Assembly (NCBI GenBank): GCA_030295235.1
Contig: AP026150.1
Location: forward strand, 496,001-560,000
Reading direction: 5' to 3'
Source: Fistulifera solaris
Taxonomy: Eukaryota
Length of the DNA stretch: 64,000 nucleotides
Position 1 is the stretch's first letter. Each line of letters starts with the position of its first letter. Under the pieces are notes generated by a model. That model did no database searches and was not told the origin of the DNA. It saw only the letters and a list, made by a program, of their open reading frames with translations. Shown here piece by piece: positions 23,989 to 34,731 of this stretch. Both the position numbers and the translations under genes were made by a program.

Positions 23989-24424
23989 TGTGAGGATTCC
24001 AATAATGACTTAAAATAGGAACGGAATGCCTGGAAGGGTAAGATATTATGATGCGATTGTTGATGCGAAAGATGAGTGAAAAATAAAACGAACGACGCGC
24101 GAATGCCGATAGATCCTATACTGTACCTGGTACGAACGAATGACAGTAGACAGTAATCAATTACGGGACTGAAATTAATTTGAGGAGTGAGTCGTCGTCG
24201 GAAAAGCAAGACCCCCCAAAAAAGGGTATAACTAACGCTATCCTTGATAATGCAAAATAGTCAAATCCGTGTTATCCTCGCAACGGCAACGATCGCGCAA
24301 AAATCGAAAACGAACCGCACACAACAATTTAAACCGAATAATCTATCCTTCCTACCATAGTGATTACTACTATCTTCTTCTTTTCTATTCTTTCTTTCTT
24401 TACATCAAAACACACAAAACACCA

Positions 24425-25819
24425 ATGATTCGTACGGCATTCTGGAGAACAGTGGTTCCAGCGGGTGTCGCAGTCGGCATTTTAGAAGTGACCACTCATT
24501 TGCCATCGCAAGGCCGTGCGGCTCCGATTTATCATACCGTCGCCGATGAATGGATCACTCCACTTATGAGACGTTTCTTAGATCCGGAAAGTACGTACGA
24601 GTATGCACATTCATGCGTGCATGTATGTATGTTGATAAATCGTTGCCTCTATGACATTCTCAGGAGTTGTTTTTCCTTTTTTTTTCATAGCGGCCCACGA
24701 AGTGCTTTGGAATTTGCGCGACGCGGATGGTCACCCAAACATCGGCCGTCGGCCCTAGAACAACAATTGCGTGTATCCTCGCAAGTGTTTGGGTTACAAT
24801 TTACCAATCCCATCGGTCTCGCGGCCGGATTCGATAAACACGGGACGGTCGTATCGCCCATGCTGGACCTCGGATTTGGCTTTGTCGAAATTGGGACCGT
24901 TACGCCACAACCACAACCAGGAAATCCCAAACCACGCATGTTCCGATTGACGGAAGATCGGGCACTCATCAATCGCTACGGATTCAATTCTGTCGGAGCC
25001 GAACAAGTGGCGGAAAATTTGGCAAAATCGATGCAGCCCAGCACAATGCACCAGGGTATTGTCGGAGTCAATGTCGGAAAAAACAAAACGACCGAACATG
25101 CGGTGGAAGATTATGTACAGGGCATTCGCATCTTGGGGCCGCTAGCGGATTATTTAGTCATTAATATTTCCAGTCCCAATACACCCGGATTGCGGGACTT
25201 GCAACACAAGGATGCCTTACAACCACTTTTGGAGGCCTGTTTGGCAGCACGTGATGCCCTCTCACGGCATGTGCCATTGTTGGTCAAATTGGCACCAGAT
25301 TTGAGTGATGACGAACTCTCACAACTGGCACAACTATGTCTGCAACTGCAGGTCGATGGACTCATTGTCAGTAACACTACAAACGTTCGTCCTGACGATT
25401 TATTGTCGTACCATCGTGGAGAATTGGGAGGCTTGTCCGGTGCACCTCTCAAGGACAAGAGCACACATTGCATTCGACAAGTGTATGCGGCCACGAATGG
25501 AGAACTACCCATCATTGGAGTTGGTGGCATTGAAAGTGGGAAGGATGTGTACGAAAAATTGTCCGCGGGGGCATCCCTGGTCCAGGTGTATTCACCACTG
25601 GTATACCATGGTCCGGGTCTGGTGTCGCGGTTGCGCCATGAATTGGCCGAACATATGTTACAAAATGGATACCGGGATATATCACAAGTCATTGGTCTCG
25701 ATCACGAGGAATTGCAATGGAAACGACGGTACGAGCGGTTGAAAGAACGACAAAAGATGACTCGTGGAGATGAAGAAGAAGATGCGGTAGTCGTAGTAGA
25801 AGAAGAAGAACAACAATAA
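24425..25819 (+). CDS. DHODH: Dihydroorotate dehydrogenase (quinone), class 2, mitochondrial; intron 24591..24690
   Basis: NPIGLAAGFDK, GFVEIGTVTP.PQPGNPKPRMFRL, INRYGFNS, INISSPNTPGLR, VKLAPDL, SNTT, GGLSGAPL, IGVGGI, GASLVQ. GTACGT..CATAG intron. Confidence 0.95.
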   Translation: MIRTAFWRTVVPAGVAVGILEVTTHLPSQGRAAPIYHTVADEWITPLMRRFLDPESTYEYAHSCVHVCMLINRCLYDILRSCFSFFFHSGPRSALEFARRGWSPKHRPSALEQQLRVSSQVFGLQFTNPIGLAAGFDKHGTVVSPMLDLGFGFVEIGTVTPQPQPGNPKPRMFRLTEDRALINRYGFNSVGAEQVAENLAKSMQPSTMHQGIVGVNVGKNKTTEHAVEDYVQGIRILGPLADYLVINISSPNTPGLRDLQHKDALQPLLEACLAARDALSRHVPLLVKLAPDLSDDELSQLAQLCLQLQVDGLIVSNTTNVRPDDLLSYHRGELGGLSGAPLKDKSTHCIRQVYAATNGELPIIGVGGIESGKDVYEKLSAGASLVQVYSPLVYHGPGLVSRLRHELAEHMLQNGYRDISQVIGLDHEELQWKRRYERLKERQKMTRGDEEEDAVVVVEEEEQQ

Positions 25820-26455
25820 TGATAAACCGTCATCAATCATTGAAAATGGTTGAACGATAGATTAGTAATTGGTTTTGCTCAAGGTCGTCGAGTCATAATT
25901 TTCTTTTGCATGCGGGGCTCTTAAGTCTTGAGTCCCACAACACTAGTCACGAATATATCTTGATTCGATTTTGTTTCCCGAGTTTCTCGTCGAGTGTTTT
26001 TCATCTGTTGGGCAGCTGTTGTTCGACCGACATTGAAATGTGAGAGTGAAGAGTAGAGTGACGTTTGTTCTTCTGACAGGTACCGGTGCTGTTGTCTGAG
26101 AATGTGACATTGTCTACACTTCTAGAGATACTCCACGTGTTTGAAGTCGAAGTGTTCTCTCTTCAATCTCCACTCTCGCACACACGGTGCACCGATGCTG
26201 AGTAACACTCTTGAATTCTTTTGGATCTTGAGAAACCAGAGCGCGACGCGAACACAAGAACAACAACATAAACGTGTCAATCGAAAAGGATCGAAACCAT
26301 AATCCGAATTTATTCAATTGATAAAACTTTGAGATCATTCCTGTAGAAAGAGGAATATTGTGAAAGGCAAGTTCGTGAAAACAACAAAGGAAAAGCTGCT
26401 GTTCGAACGACGAAAAGAACAGAATCTCACCGACCATTTTTGTTTTTCTCTACAG

Positions 26456-26758
26456 ATGTGGCAGAAAGCAGCAAGTGTAATGGCGAACGGAGCCTTTTGC
26501 ACGTTCAGTTCGACAATAATATCGTGTGGCCTTGCCTGTGAAGTTGAAAAATGTGGCCACCGCCTCGTATACTGGTATTCCCCGCAAAAATACGCGACCG
26601 TCGAACAAGCGTACGGATTAACGACCGAACAATTACTGGCGGTTCGTGATCACCAAAGTTCAATCATGGCCACTTCTTCTTCATCATCATCAGCAGCAGC
26701 AGCAGCATCAAATATGGATTCGGGAATGCTACCAACGAGTATTTTGTTTGAAGCTTAA
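26456..26758 (+). CDS. Small hypothetical protein (3' exon or whole CDS)
   Basis: ORF follows a polypyrimidine-CAG acceptor at ~26455; non-random composition; no family recognised. Confidence 0.35.
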   Translation: MWQKAASVMANGAFCTFSSTIISCGLACEVEKCGHRLVYWYSPQKYATVEQAYGLTTEQLLAVRDHQSSIMATSSSSSSAAAAASNMDSGMLPTSILFEA

Positions 26759-27435
26759 TCTCTGGAGACGGAGGGTCGCCAAACGAAACGAACAATGAAA
26801 GTGCCGACGAAATTTGTGACGCCAATGACCTCTGTTCAGATCCTCGCCAAGGTAGAGAAGTTACTCTCCAAACGAAATCACCACACTTGTATCATGACTA
26901 TTAGTGAAAACGCTAAATTAATTATAGAGAAAAATAAATTACCACCTTGCTGAGTGCGATGGAGTCGAAAAACGTTTAGATGATCAGAAGTCTGTCCTTG
27001 CAAAAGCAAATATCAACAAAGATATTTCTCTTTCTACTACTGGTAGTATTATCGTTGCTGCAATCGTCTTCATTGTGGTTTGAGGGAGGAACGCCACAGA
27101 GAGCATTCTCTATTACATGTATTTGGACAAGGGACAAGGCTGGGATTACGTGATGTCAACGTATCTGTGTCCGTCCATCCGTCCGTGGGGTGAAATGTGC
27201 TTTACTATACTTTGTATACTACTACGGGGGTATATTGCATCAAAGTGTAGACGACCTTTTGCGCGACTGGATTCCTTACTCGTAGTCACGATTGCTTACG
27301 CCGCAAAATGACACCAAGCCAAAAAAACGGGCAAATGGCAACAAAGTAATTGCCAGGAAATATCTTTTGTTGCAAATCCCCAAAACTCACCCATGAATGC
27401 TGCTTATCTTCAATTGATCATTCTAATTGTCTTGA

Positions 27436-28032
27436 TTGTCGTGTTTCCAAGTCGTCGTGGGTCGTGTAGGTCTCGAGAAAGAAGCACAGCGACGATGGCA
27501 GCACGCATTGACCGGACAAGCACTCGTCGGATGCAGTTATTTTTTGGACGTTTGGATGTGCACTGTAGGCTTGGTTTTGGGTCTATTTGGTATTGCGTTT
27601 ATGAAATACATGTATCCGGTGGATTATCTAAGACTTTTCGGTCCGTTATTACGACCGCACGAACGTGAGCAGTTGCCAGGGGCTTTTTATTTTTTACTGG
27701 GCACATTGCTCGTCTTGTTTCTGGTTCCACTGGAGACAGCTCGCTACGCGGTGTTGTGTTTGTCGTATGCCGATCCGGCAGCGGCGTGGATTGGTCGAAC
27801 AATCCCTCTCCGTAAATTTCATGATAGTGCTTCAGTGGGAGGATGCTTGGCGTGTTTTGTTATCGCCTGTGTCATTGGTGCTGGCTTTCTTTCTTATAAT
27901 CAAGACGAAAATCATGTCGCGAGAATTCTGATTGGAGCGTTGGTATGTACAATAGCGGAAGCACTCCCTGTAGGAAACGACAATTTGATGATACCTTTGT
28001 TGACTGCCCTATCAGTGGAGTGGCTATTTTGA
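27436..28032 (+). CDS. CTP-dependent lipid kinase (Dgk1/phytol/dolichol kinase family); 5' end uncertain
   Basis: RRWQHALTG, LLRPHE..LPGAFYFLLG, YADPAAAWIG, SVGGCLACF, AEALP..NDNLMIPL. Confidence 0.8.
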   Translation: MSCFQVVVGRVGLEKEAQRRWQHALTGQALVGCSYFLDVWMCTVGLVLGLFGIAFMKYMYPVDYLRLFGPLLRPHEREQLPGAFYFLLGTLLVLFLVPLETARYAVLCLSYADPAAAWIGRTIPLRKFHDSASVGGCLACFVIACVIGAGFLSYNQDENHVARILIGALVCTIAEALPVGNDNLMIPLLTALSVEWLF

Positions 28033-28187
28033 GAGACGATAAACGACTGAGTAGGAACGTGTATGTATGGCGTCTAAATGTGACTCGAGTGCAACTGGTG
28101 TCGGACGATTCGTAAGGATTTATTTGAATCTGAATACAGCAGGGTCCGATTGAAAATGAGGCTGTGGTGACTAGTGCTATTGTGATA

Positions 28188-28919
28188 ATGGGAGGTCTAT
28201 CAGTGTACAGAATAGTGCCGCCACCGCAGTTCCTACATAATGATACCACGGAACCGTTTGTGTATTCAAGGGGGGCATCTTCGTCGGCTGTGCCGGATCC
28301 CCAGTTCACCACCGTAATCCTTTGATGTACCATACGGTAGAGGAAGTACCTGAGGAAGTGAAGCACTGCTTGCCTCGTTCTATGTTCCCCCCGCGTGCGC
28401 AAGTGGCAGACGAAAGTGGTGTCGAACTGAATATGGCAACCATGGAAGGCATGCTTCACAATTGCTGTCGCATTTTACCGCAGCATTTGGACCGGGTGGA
28501 TTTATCTTGCGATTATTGAAAGCGTTTCTCCACGGTTTTTTGCCATTTGTTATCCAGGTGAACGAGGTGTGGAGTCGTCGATCTCGAAAACGCATCATGG
28601 TCGCATCTATCAGTGCTCCGATATTTCTTCGATTCAGGCGCTCGTTCAAGACGATTGGATAAGCGGGGAAGAAGTCTACTATAAAGGCTGGCCTACTTTG
28701 GAAGCGGCGCACCAGTGGCTAATGCAGCATTCGGCCTATGTCTTGGGCCGAAGTGAGCTGGCAGGTGGTTTACCTGACGGTGAGCTTTCCCTGAGCAGTA
28801 CACAAAACGTTGAAAGGGATCGCTCCAAAAGTGATCAGCGCACCCCAATCTTTACCCCTATGTTTTCCCCTCCGCATCCCGAACTTGTGCAAGAGTTCTT
28901 GGATTTCTTTGGTTTCTGA
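28188..28919 (+). CDS. Frameshifted hypothetical protein with an RNase H1 N-terminal (Cauli_VI)-like motif
   Basis: The frame of ORF 28569..28919, extended upstream, reads RFFAICYPG..GRIY..IQALV..YYKGWPTLEAAHQWL. The upstream part lies in other frames. Confidence 0.4.
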
Positions 28920-29758
28920 ACAACAAAGGAACAAGCAGGAACTCATGGTGTGAAACGATTTCCGGTGGAACAATTGGTTATTGTTAGTGGTAGAGAAAAT
29001 GCCCGTAGTGTCGCGACAGGTCTATAGAAAGTCGACCACGACGTGAATCAGACTGATGCCGCACACCATAAATCTTATCGTTTAACTTTGGTGTCGGAAT
29101 CAATTCGCTCCTTGTACGCTGATGGAGCTAAAATTGACCCGATCAAGTTGGGATTGTCTCTCTGCTCGGTGCCACTTGTCGCGGGAGTCTTTGACGAAGC
29201 TGTCGAGCTCATGGGTCGATGTGCGACGAAACGAGTTGTTTGATTGTCCAAGTCGGAATGCATTGAGTTGCTAGAGCACGAAACCCTTGCTACACAAGAT
29301 CCTGGTGATTGGGCTCACCTTATCGAGAAATCCGCCCCGGTCCTGTGATTGTAGTTGGTCTACTCGAATCATCAGGCGACCAATGCCACAAGATTTTCCT
29401 TTCATGTAATCATTGGGAAGAAAGTCTCCATTTATTGACGGACAGACGGGTTTACCACATCTATTTGACAACACTCAACGTCCTTCTAATGAAAGCTATT
29501 GGGTTTGATTTGATCTAAGGTGTTTTACAAAGCAAGGAAGTCAAAAGTGCCAAAACTGCTGGTTACAAACCCTTGAAAAAATTTAGTGCTGGTTATAGAT
29601 ATTTGCGCGATGCCTGGCTCCAATGAATTCGCGATCGGTAAACGATAGTACGATTATCTTGAACACTACAGATAAAAGCAAATGTTGAATTTATGCACCT
29701 AGATCCGATTTTACAGGTGGCTACAGTAGAACATCAAAAACACAACGAAGCAACACCG

Positions 29759-30852
29759 TTAAGATAGCGCCTCCGTGGAATTTCCACAAAGCTCCACTTG
29801 ACCAATACATGTTCCAGGCTCCCAAGCCAAGAACACTAAACACTCGTCGGAAGGCTCGCCCGACACGGTTGTGAGCATATTTTCTTCGTCTGTAGGACAG
29901 TACATTGCCACGGTGAACGGTTGAACACAGGGAAGAACTCGCCCAAACAAGTAAACGGCAGCTTCCCCTACGTAGCCACGGCCATCCGTAGGATACGCCA
30001 TGAATCCGTCAACCTCTGTGGGAGGGGTGGGAGGTATTTGTGCCCCACCAAAAGGGTAGACAATCGTCCATTGCAGTTGAGAACCAGTCGATCAACACCT
30101 TCGCCGCTGCAATACCCAAGTTCACGATACCCAGGACAGAAGGAATCGTACAGCAACTTGGCGCTCGAGGAAGTCACGGTCCCTTCGACATTACACGCTG
30201 CCGTATTGCGGGCGTAAGCACAAAAGTTGCCGCGCATTGGAGGGTCGTTGCTATCTACTTGTAACGCACGGCGTTTACTAGCATCCAACGGCATCATATT
30301 CACCACAACATCTTTCGAAGTCGTCCCCAATCGCACACCTCCCATTGATACCAAGTCATCTCCTGAGACGGTCGTATCTTTCGACAGTCGCGCAGCCACG
30401 AGGCTAGTTCCGATGTTGGCAAGACTCAGAAATACAGTCAAAGCACACAACATGATCACGCCCATCCGCAAAGTTTGGTGCTGCTTCGCTTCCGAGTGCA
30501 ATTTTCTCAACAGCTCCTGATTCCTCTTCTCATGACTCTGCAGTGTTTTCACCCAAAGATACAATTTTTCCAAAGGATCGGATGTGGCCTGCGTGGTCTC
30601 ATCTTCATCGGAAAAATGGTACGAATTATCCGAATCACCGAAGCGGGGACCGCGGGTACGTTGAATCAGCAAATCAATGGCACTGGTCGACGTTGGACCC
30701 GAGTTACTATTCGCGGAAGGGGATTTTGAGGGAAGGTAGCTGCTCACTTGATCTAAATCATTCTCACTGTCGGAGCCCTCGGGTGAATTTTCTTCTAAAC
30801 TTTGCGCATCACGCATGGCGGCGGGCACTTGTAGTTGTTTGCTTTTTCTCAT
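29759..30852 (-). CDS. Hypothetical type II membrane protein with a Cys-containing ectodomain; frameshift ~29995
   Basis: Disordered N-terminus, coiled coil, TM (VIMLCALTVFLSLANIGTSLVAA), Cys-rich tail continuing in ORF 29759..30001. Confidence 0.55.
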
Positions 30853-31857
30853 TATTGTAAATAATATGAAGATTAGGAGCTGTTCGAGCGTTGGATAGGC
30901 TTATGAAGAATACGTTGTTGATGCAAAAGAACGAGTCGATGTGCAATGATTCGAGCGCAAAGACAGATAGTGAATCTTGAAGCGCGTAGCGGCTAGCGAT
31001 AAAAGTGCAACAAACGAGGCTTGAAAGTATAAAGTTCCTTTCGTTGTTGGTCAAGCAAAGAATCTTCGAAACACCTTTCAATTATCCCTGCTGCTGTTTG
31101 TAATCTTGTTAAACTATAAACTTGTGTTATCTTTCGTGGACAGCGACAACAGGAAATGATACAAATAGGAATGGCGGCTTTGCCAAAATGCTCCGTCGTT
31201 TGCACCTCTGCGTGGCTGTTGTACCTTGGGTCTTACTGGCTTGTACACAATCGGTTCTCCGTTCTCCGTTTCGCGTTTCAAGTGATATGAAGGAAAGTGT
31301 AGCGAGGAACAAATGCTATTTTGCAGTTAAAGTGGCGTCGGAGTGAAACCTGGTTCCGTGAATTCCGTTATTAAGGCGGTTCCACATCGGATTGTACTAA
31401 ATGGTCGAGGGTACATAATACACTTAGTTAAATGCGATAACGGATTTTTCGTTCGAGTCGTACAAAGGGTGCGCGCGTGCGAAAGGACGAGATAGCAACG
31501 TTTCGGGACTGACAGTTGAGTCGTCTGAAAACTTAAATTCTGCACGAGAGTCTCGACGGCTAGCAAAACGCAAATACTGGTAGCTTGAATTTTTTAAGTC
31601 AAAGAACCAACTAGAGATTCCTTCAAATAAGCGGCGATATATTTGACGTTTTTTAAACTTGTCCTTTAGTATCGTCATTTAATGAAATATGATAGAAAGC
31701 ATGACGCTACGGAATTCAATAGTTAGATTCTTTTTGACTGTATGAAATCCTCTCCTATCTTCTTCTATTGCGTTGCTGATTCACTTGTATTATCTGATTG
31801 CCAAACTTTCTTTCGACATGATAGTCTGTGATTCTTGCACAACTAAACAAACTATCT

Positions 31858-32481
31858 TTACTTCCCCTGACCTTGAATCGTAATGATAATATTTCGCGCA
31901 TGACCACCACCCCAACCTCCTTGGTCACGATGCTCATTTAAATAAATTCCTTGCCATGTTCCTAACGCGAGACGCCCTTGTCGAATGGGAATGGTGAGTG
32001 AAACACCCATTAAACTACTTTTGACATGACCCGGCATATCATCGTCTCCTTCCATTGTATGCCGGAAAGTTCCATCGCGATTCCATTGTGCGGGCACAAT
32101 CTTATTGAGTGCCGTTTCCATATCGGTCCGCACGTCCGGATCCGCGTTCTCGTTGATGGTTAAACTAGCCGAAGTGTGTTGCACAAAAATGTTGCAGAGA
32201 CCAATTTGGCATTGGCGAATGGATTCTCCGGCCGCTTTTTGAATGTCGGCAGTAATCAAGTGACAACCTCGTTTCGGAGCTGTTACGGTAATTTCATGCT
32301 GGAACCACAAAGGTTTCATGGTCGATGTTTCGGTGTCGCTATTTTTGTGGGCCACAAGAGTGGTGGGAGAGATGCAAGTGTCGACCAGTCGATGTTGCTG
32401 TGCGTTGAAAAAGCTAGAAGAAACGAGGCAGATAGAGATAGAAATCGATAATGACAAAAGATATAGAGAATGCCTCTTCAT
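31858..32481 (-). CDS. YjbQ/UPF0047 protein (secondary thiamine-phosphate synthase family) with targeting presequence
   Basis: RGCHLIT, FVQHTSASLTINENADPDVR.D, HTMEGDDDMPGHVKSSLMG, LALGTWQGIYLNEHR. Start MKRHSL at 32481 gives a signal peptide. Confidence 0.92.
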   Translation of the reverse strand: MKRHSLYLLSLSISISICLVSSSFFNAQQHRLVDTCISPTTLVAHKNSDTETSTMKPLWFQHEITVTAPKRGCHLITADIQKAAGESIRQCQIGLCNIFVQHTSASLTINENADPDVRTDMETALNKIVPAQWNRDGTFRHTMEGDDDMPGHVKSSLMGVSLTIPIRQGRLALGTWQGIYLNEHRDQGGWGGGHARNIIITIQGQGK

Positions 32482-32803
32482 GTTGCAAGGAAATGGAACT
32501 CTCTCATGTTTCGAAGTAATATTTGTAAGTCGAAAAACGTTGCGGAATAAGTTGTCTGCGTACTTGTACTCCGGAGTATTTACTATAGACAACAGTGTTG
32601 TCCGTTTTTCTCCACGACTGCACTTCAGTCATGAATACATATTTTTGGGAGCGACAATGCTGCCTACGATACGTTCGTTTGGCAGATTTTTTTGAAGTCA
32701 TTTGTCGTTATTGCAGTGAAATAGGCTTTGGCAGCGTTTGTACTATACGACTTAATATTTGTATGTCGAAAAGCCTTGCGAAACGTTGTCTGCGTGTTTC
32801 TCT

Positions 32804-33025
32804 AAAACACCACTCACCCACTTTTTCTGGGTACGTGAAAACACCACACTCCCACTTTTTCTGGGTACGTAAAAAACACCACACCCCCACTTTTTCTGGG
32901 TACGTGAAAACACCACTCTCCCACTTTTTCTGGGTACGTGAAAACACCACACTCCCACTTTTTCTCGGTACGTAACAAAAAACACAATGCCGCAGATTTT
33001 CCGGGTACGTAAAAAACCGCAACAC
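32804..33025. repeat. 34-bp minisatellite: 5 near-perfect copies plus degenerate copies
   Basis: Unit AAAACACCACACTCCCACTTTTTCTGGGTACGTG at 32804, 32838, 32872, 32907 and 32941; degenerate to ~33025. Confidence 0.95.
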
Positions 33026-33132
33026 ACCCAGAAAATGATGTGACCAAAGTGACGAAACTCATAATTCTAAACGAAATAATTATTTTGAGCTCTATTCGTT
33101 TCTGGCTCGTCTAAGTGATTCCTTTCGATGGC

Positions 33133-33873
33133 ATGGCGGCATCACCACAAACAGACATGCAAGATGCTTTTCAAGCTTTTATGCTAGGTGGCAAAATGAC
33201 GAAGAAAAAAGCTAGCACCGACAACAGTCCCAAGAAAAATAATGCTACACCTAAACCACCCACTCCCCCGCGACATTCAAAAGAATCGCCTTCTTTCCGC
33301 CCTTCCGGCAATGTAAAACAACAACAAGACTACCGCGCATTTCGGAATTTACATCAAGAATGGATTGAAACAGATGAAACTCTTTATGCTCTAGTGGGAT
33401 CGGTCGCTGATTTACGTCAACGGCTTTATCATACGGTACAGCAGCAACAATATATTACTGAAAATCAAAAGAATATGGAGAATGCGACGTGGAAATCATT
33501 CGGCTTTCGATCGCACCCTGCATGGAATGATCATTCTTGGTTGCAACCGCATGATTATGATATAGCACTGGATCATATTATGTTGCAGCACGAAAAAGCA
33601 CTTCGAAATGTACGAAGGTTGCTAGGAAATCAAAGTGAAACGATTGATTCCATGGCGAGGCGACTGGAATTCTTGCTAATGGCGGGCGGTGATAACATTT
33701 CTGCTATGGAGTGCCAAGACATTTTCCGTTTTTTGGCACGTGAGTTGTATCGAAAACAAATATTGGCGCAAACATTGTTTGATTCCGTACAAGATACAAT
33801 GATGACTACACTTGATCCGTGGCAGACGGCTCGCGCCTGTCACAAACAGTGGCAGCCGTCGTCAAGTAGGTGA
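33133..33873 (+). CDS. Hypothetical helical protein (weak resemblance to C1orf109/CK2S family)
   Basis: ~246-aa ORF, helical/coiled-coil composition, ELYRKQILAQTL..W near the C-terminus. The family call is tentative. Confidence 0.55.
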   Translation: MAASPQTDMQDAFQAFMLGGKMTKKKASTDNSPKKNNATPKPPTPPRHSKESPSFRPSGNVKQQQDYRAFRNLHQEWIETDETLYALVGSVADLRQRLYHTVQQQQYITENQKNMENATWKSFGFRSHPAWNDHSWLQPHDYDIALDHIMLQHEKALRNVRRLLGNQSETIDSMARRLEFLLMAGGDNISAMECQDIFRFLARELYRKQILAQTLFDSVQDTMMTTLDPWQTARACHKQWQPSSSR

Positions 33874-34731
33874 CGATGTTGATTGAGCGGATATTGCAGT
33901 TTAGAGAGGGCGGAACGCTGAGCCCGGTAGAAATGATGTAACAGCATGCAGCACAATAGTACCAGACGTCTTTTCCTTCAAGCTGCCTACTGCAATCCTG
34001 TGGCTTATCGTGTTTCCCGGTAAGGTGTCCAGGTTGAAACAAAAAGATTTTCCTGAAGGATTTTCATATTCAAGATGGAAAACATGCCTCAACTATTGAT
34101 ATTGCTTACCCGAAGGGAAATATCTGCTTTTCGTTGGCTATTAGAGTCTTAGTCATGCTCGTAACTCGTAATAGTATCGTAGTAAACAGTAACTGTTGGC
34201 AAAATATCTATTTGTGACTGAAATTCAGTCGTGTTTAACAACAATCAAAGATCCGCAGGGATAGTCGGAGAATGGAATCAATTTCAGCACAAAGGGCGGA
34301 AATTCGATTGCATAAAGCTGTGCTCGAGCTTACCATGTTTTCGTAAAACCGACCCTCTTTGGATTATTGAGTGAACTGCGATTTAAGCGCATTTCGACGA
34401 ATGAATAGAATCATTGTATGCAATGTGAATCCGGCAACAATCATAGCATGCAAATAAGAGATCGCAAGGCAAGCCAAAAGGACGGATATCTCATTGCGAC
34501 TGAAACACAGTCGTGGTTAAGTTGAGACTACACTTTCCACGATAGGCGCAGTTTGTGCAGTATAAATCCTACGTGTTAGTCGTGTAGGTAGTTCGGAGCG
34601 TGTCCGGGACAATTTATTTTAAACGGCAAGAACGTGCCGTTTTCTTTTCAAGACAAACGCCGCACGCTGCAGATCACGAAGTATTACTTTATTCCTTTTC
34701 CATTAACCCAGATAGAAGAAGAAGAAATAAG

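Noticed and set aside
28950..29700. Possible transposon remnant
   Set aside because: No transposase, RT or integrase motif, TIR or LTR could be recognised by eye.
32804..33025. CRISPR array
   Set aside because: Units are contiguous with no unique spacers, there are no cas genes, and the context is eukaryotic; it is a minisatellite.
32595..33062. ORFs with repeated TYPEKVG / VPRKSG peptides
   Set aside because: Products of the stop-free 34-bp repeat in several frames; no independent coding evidence.
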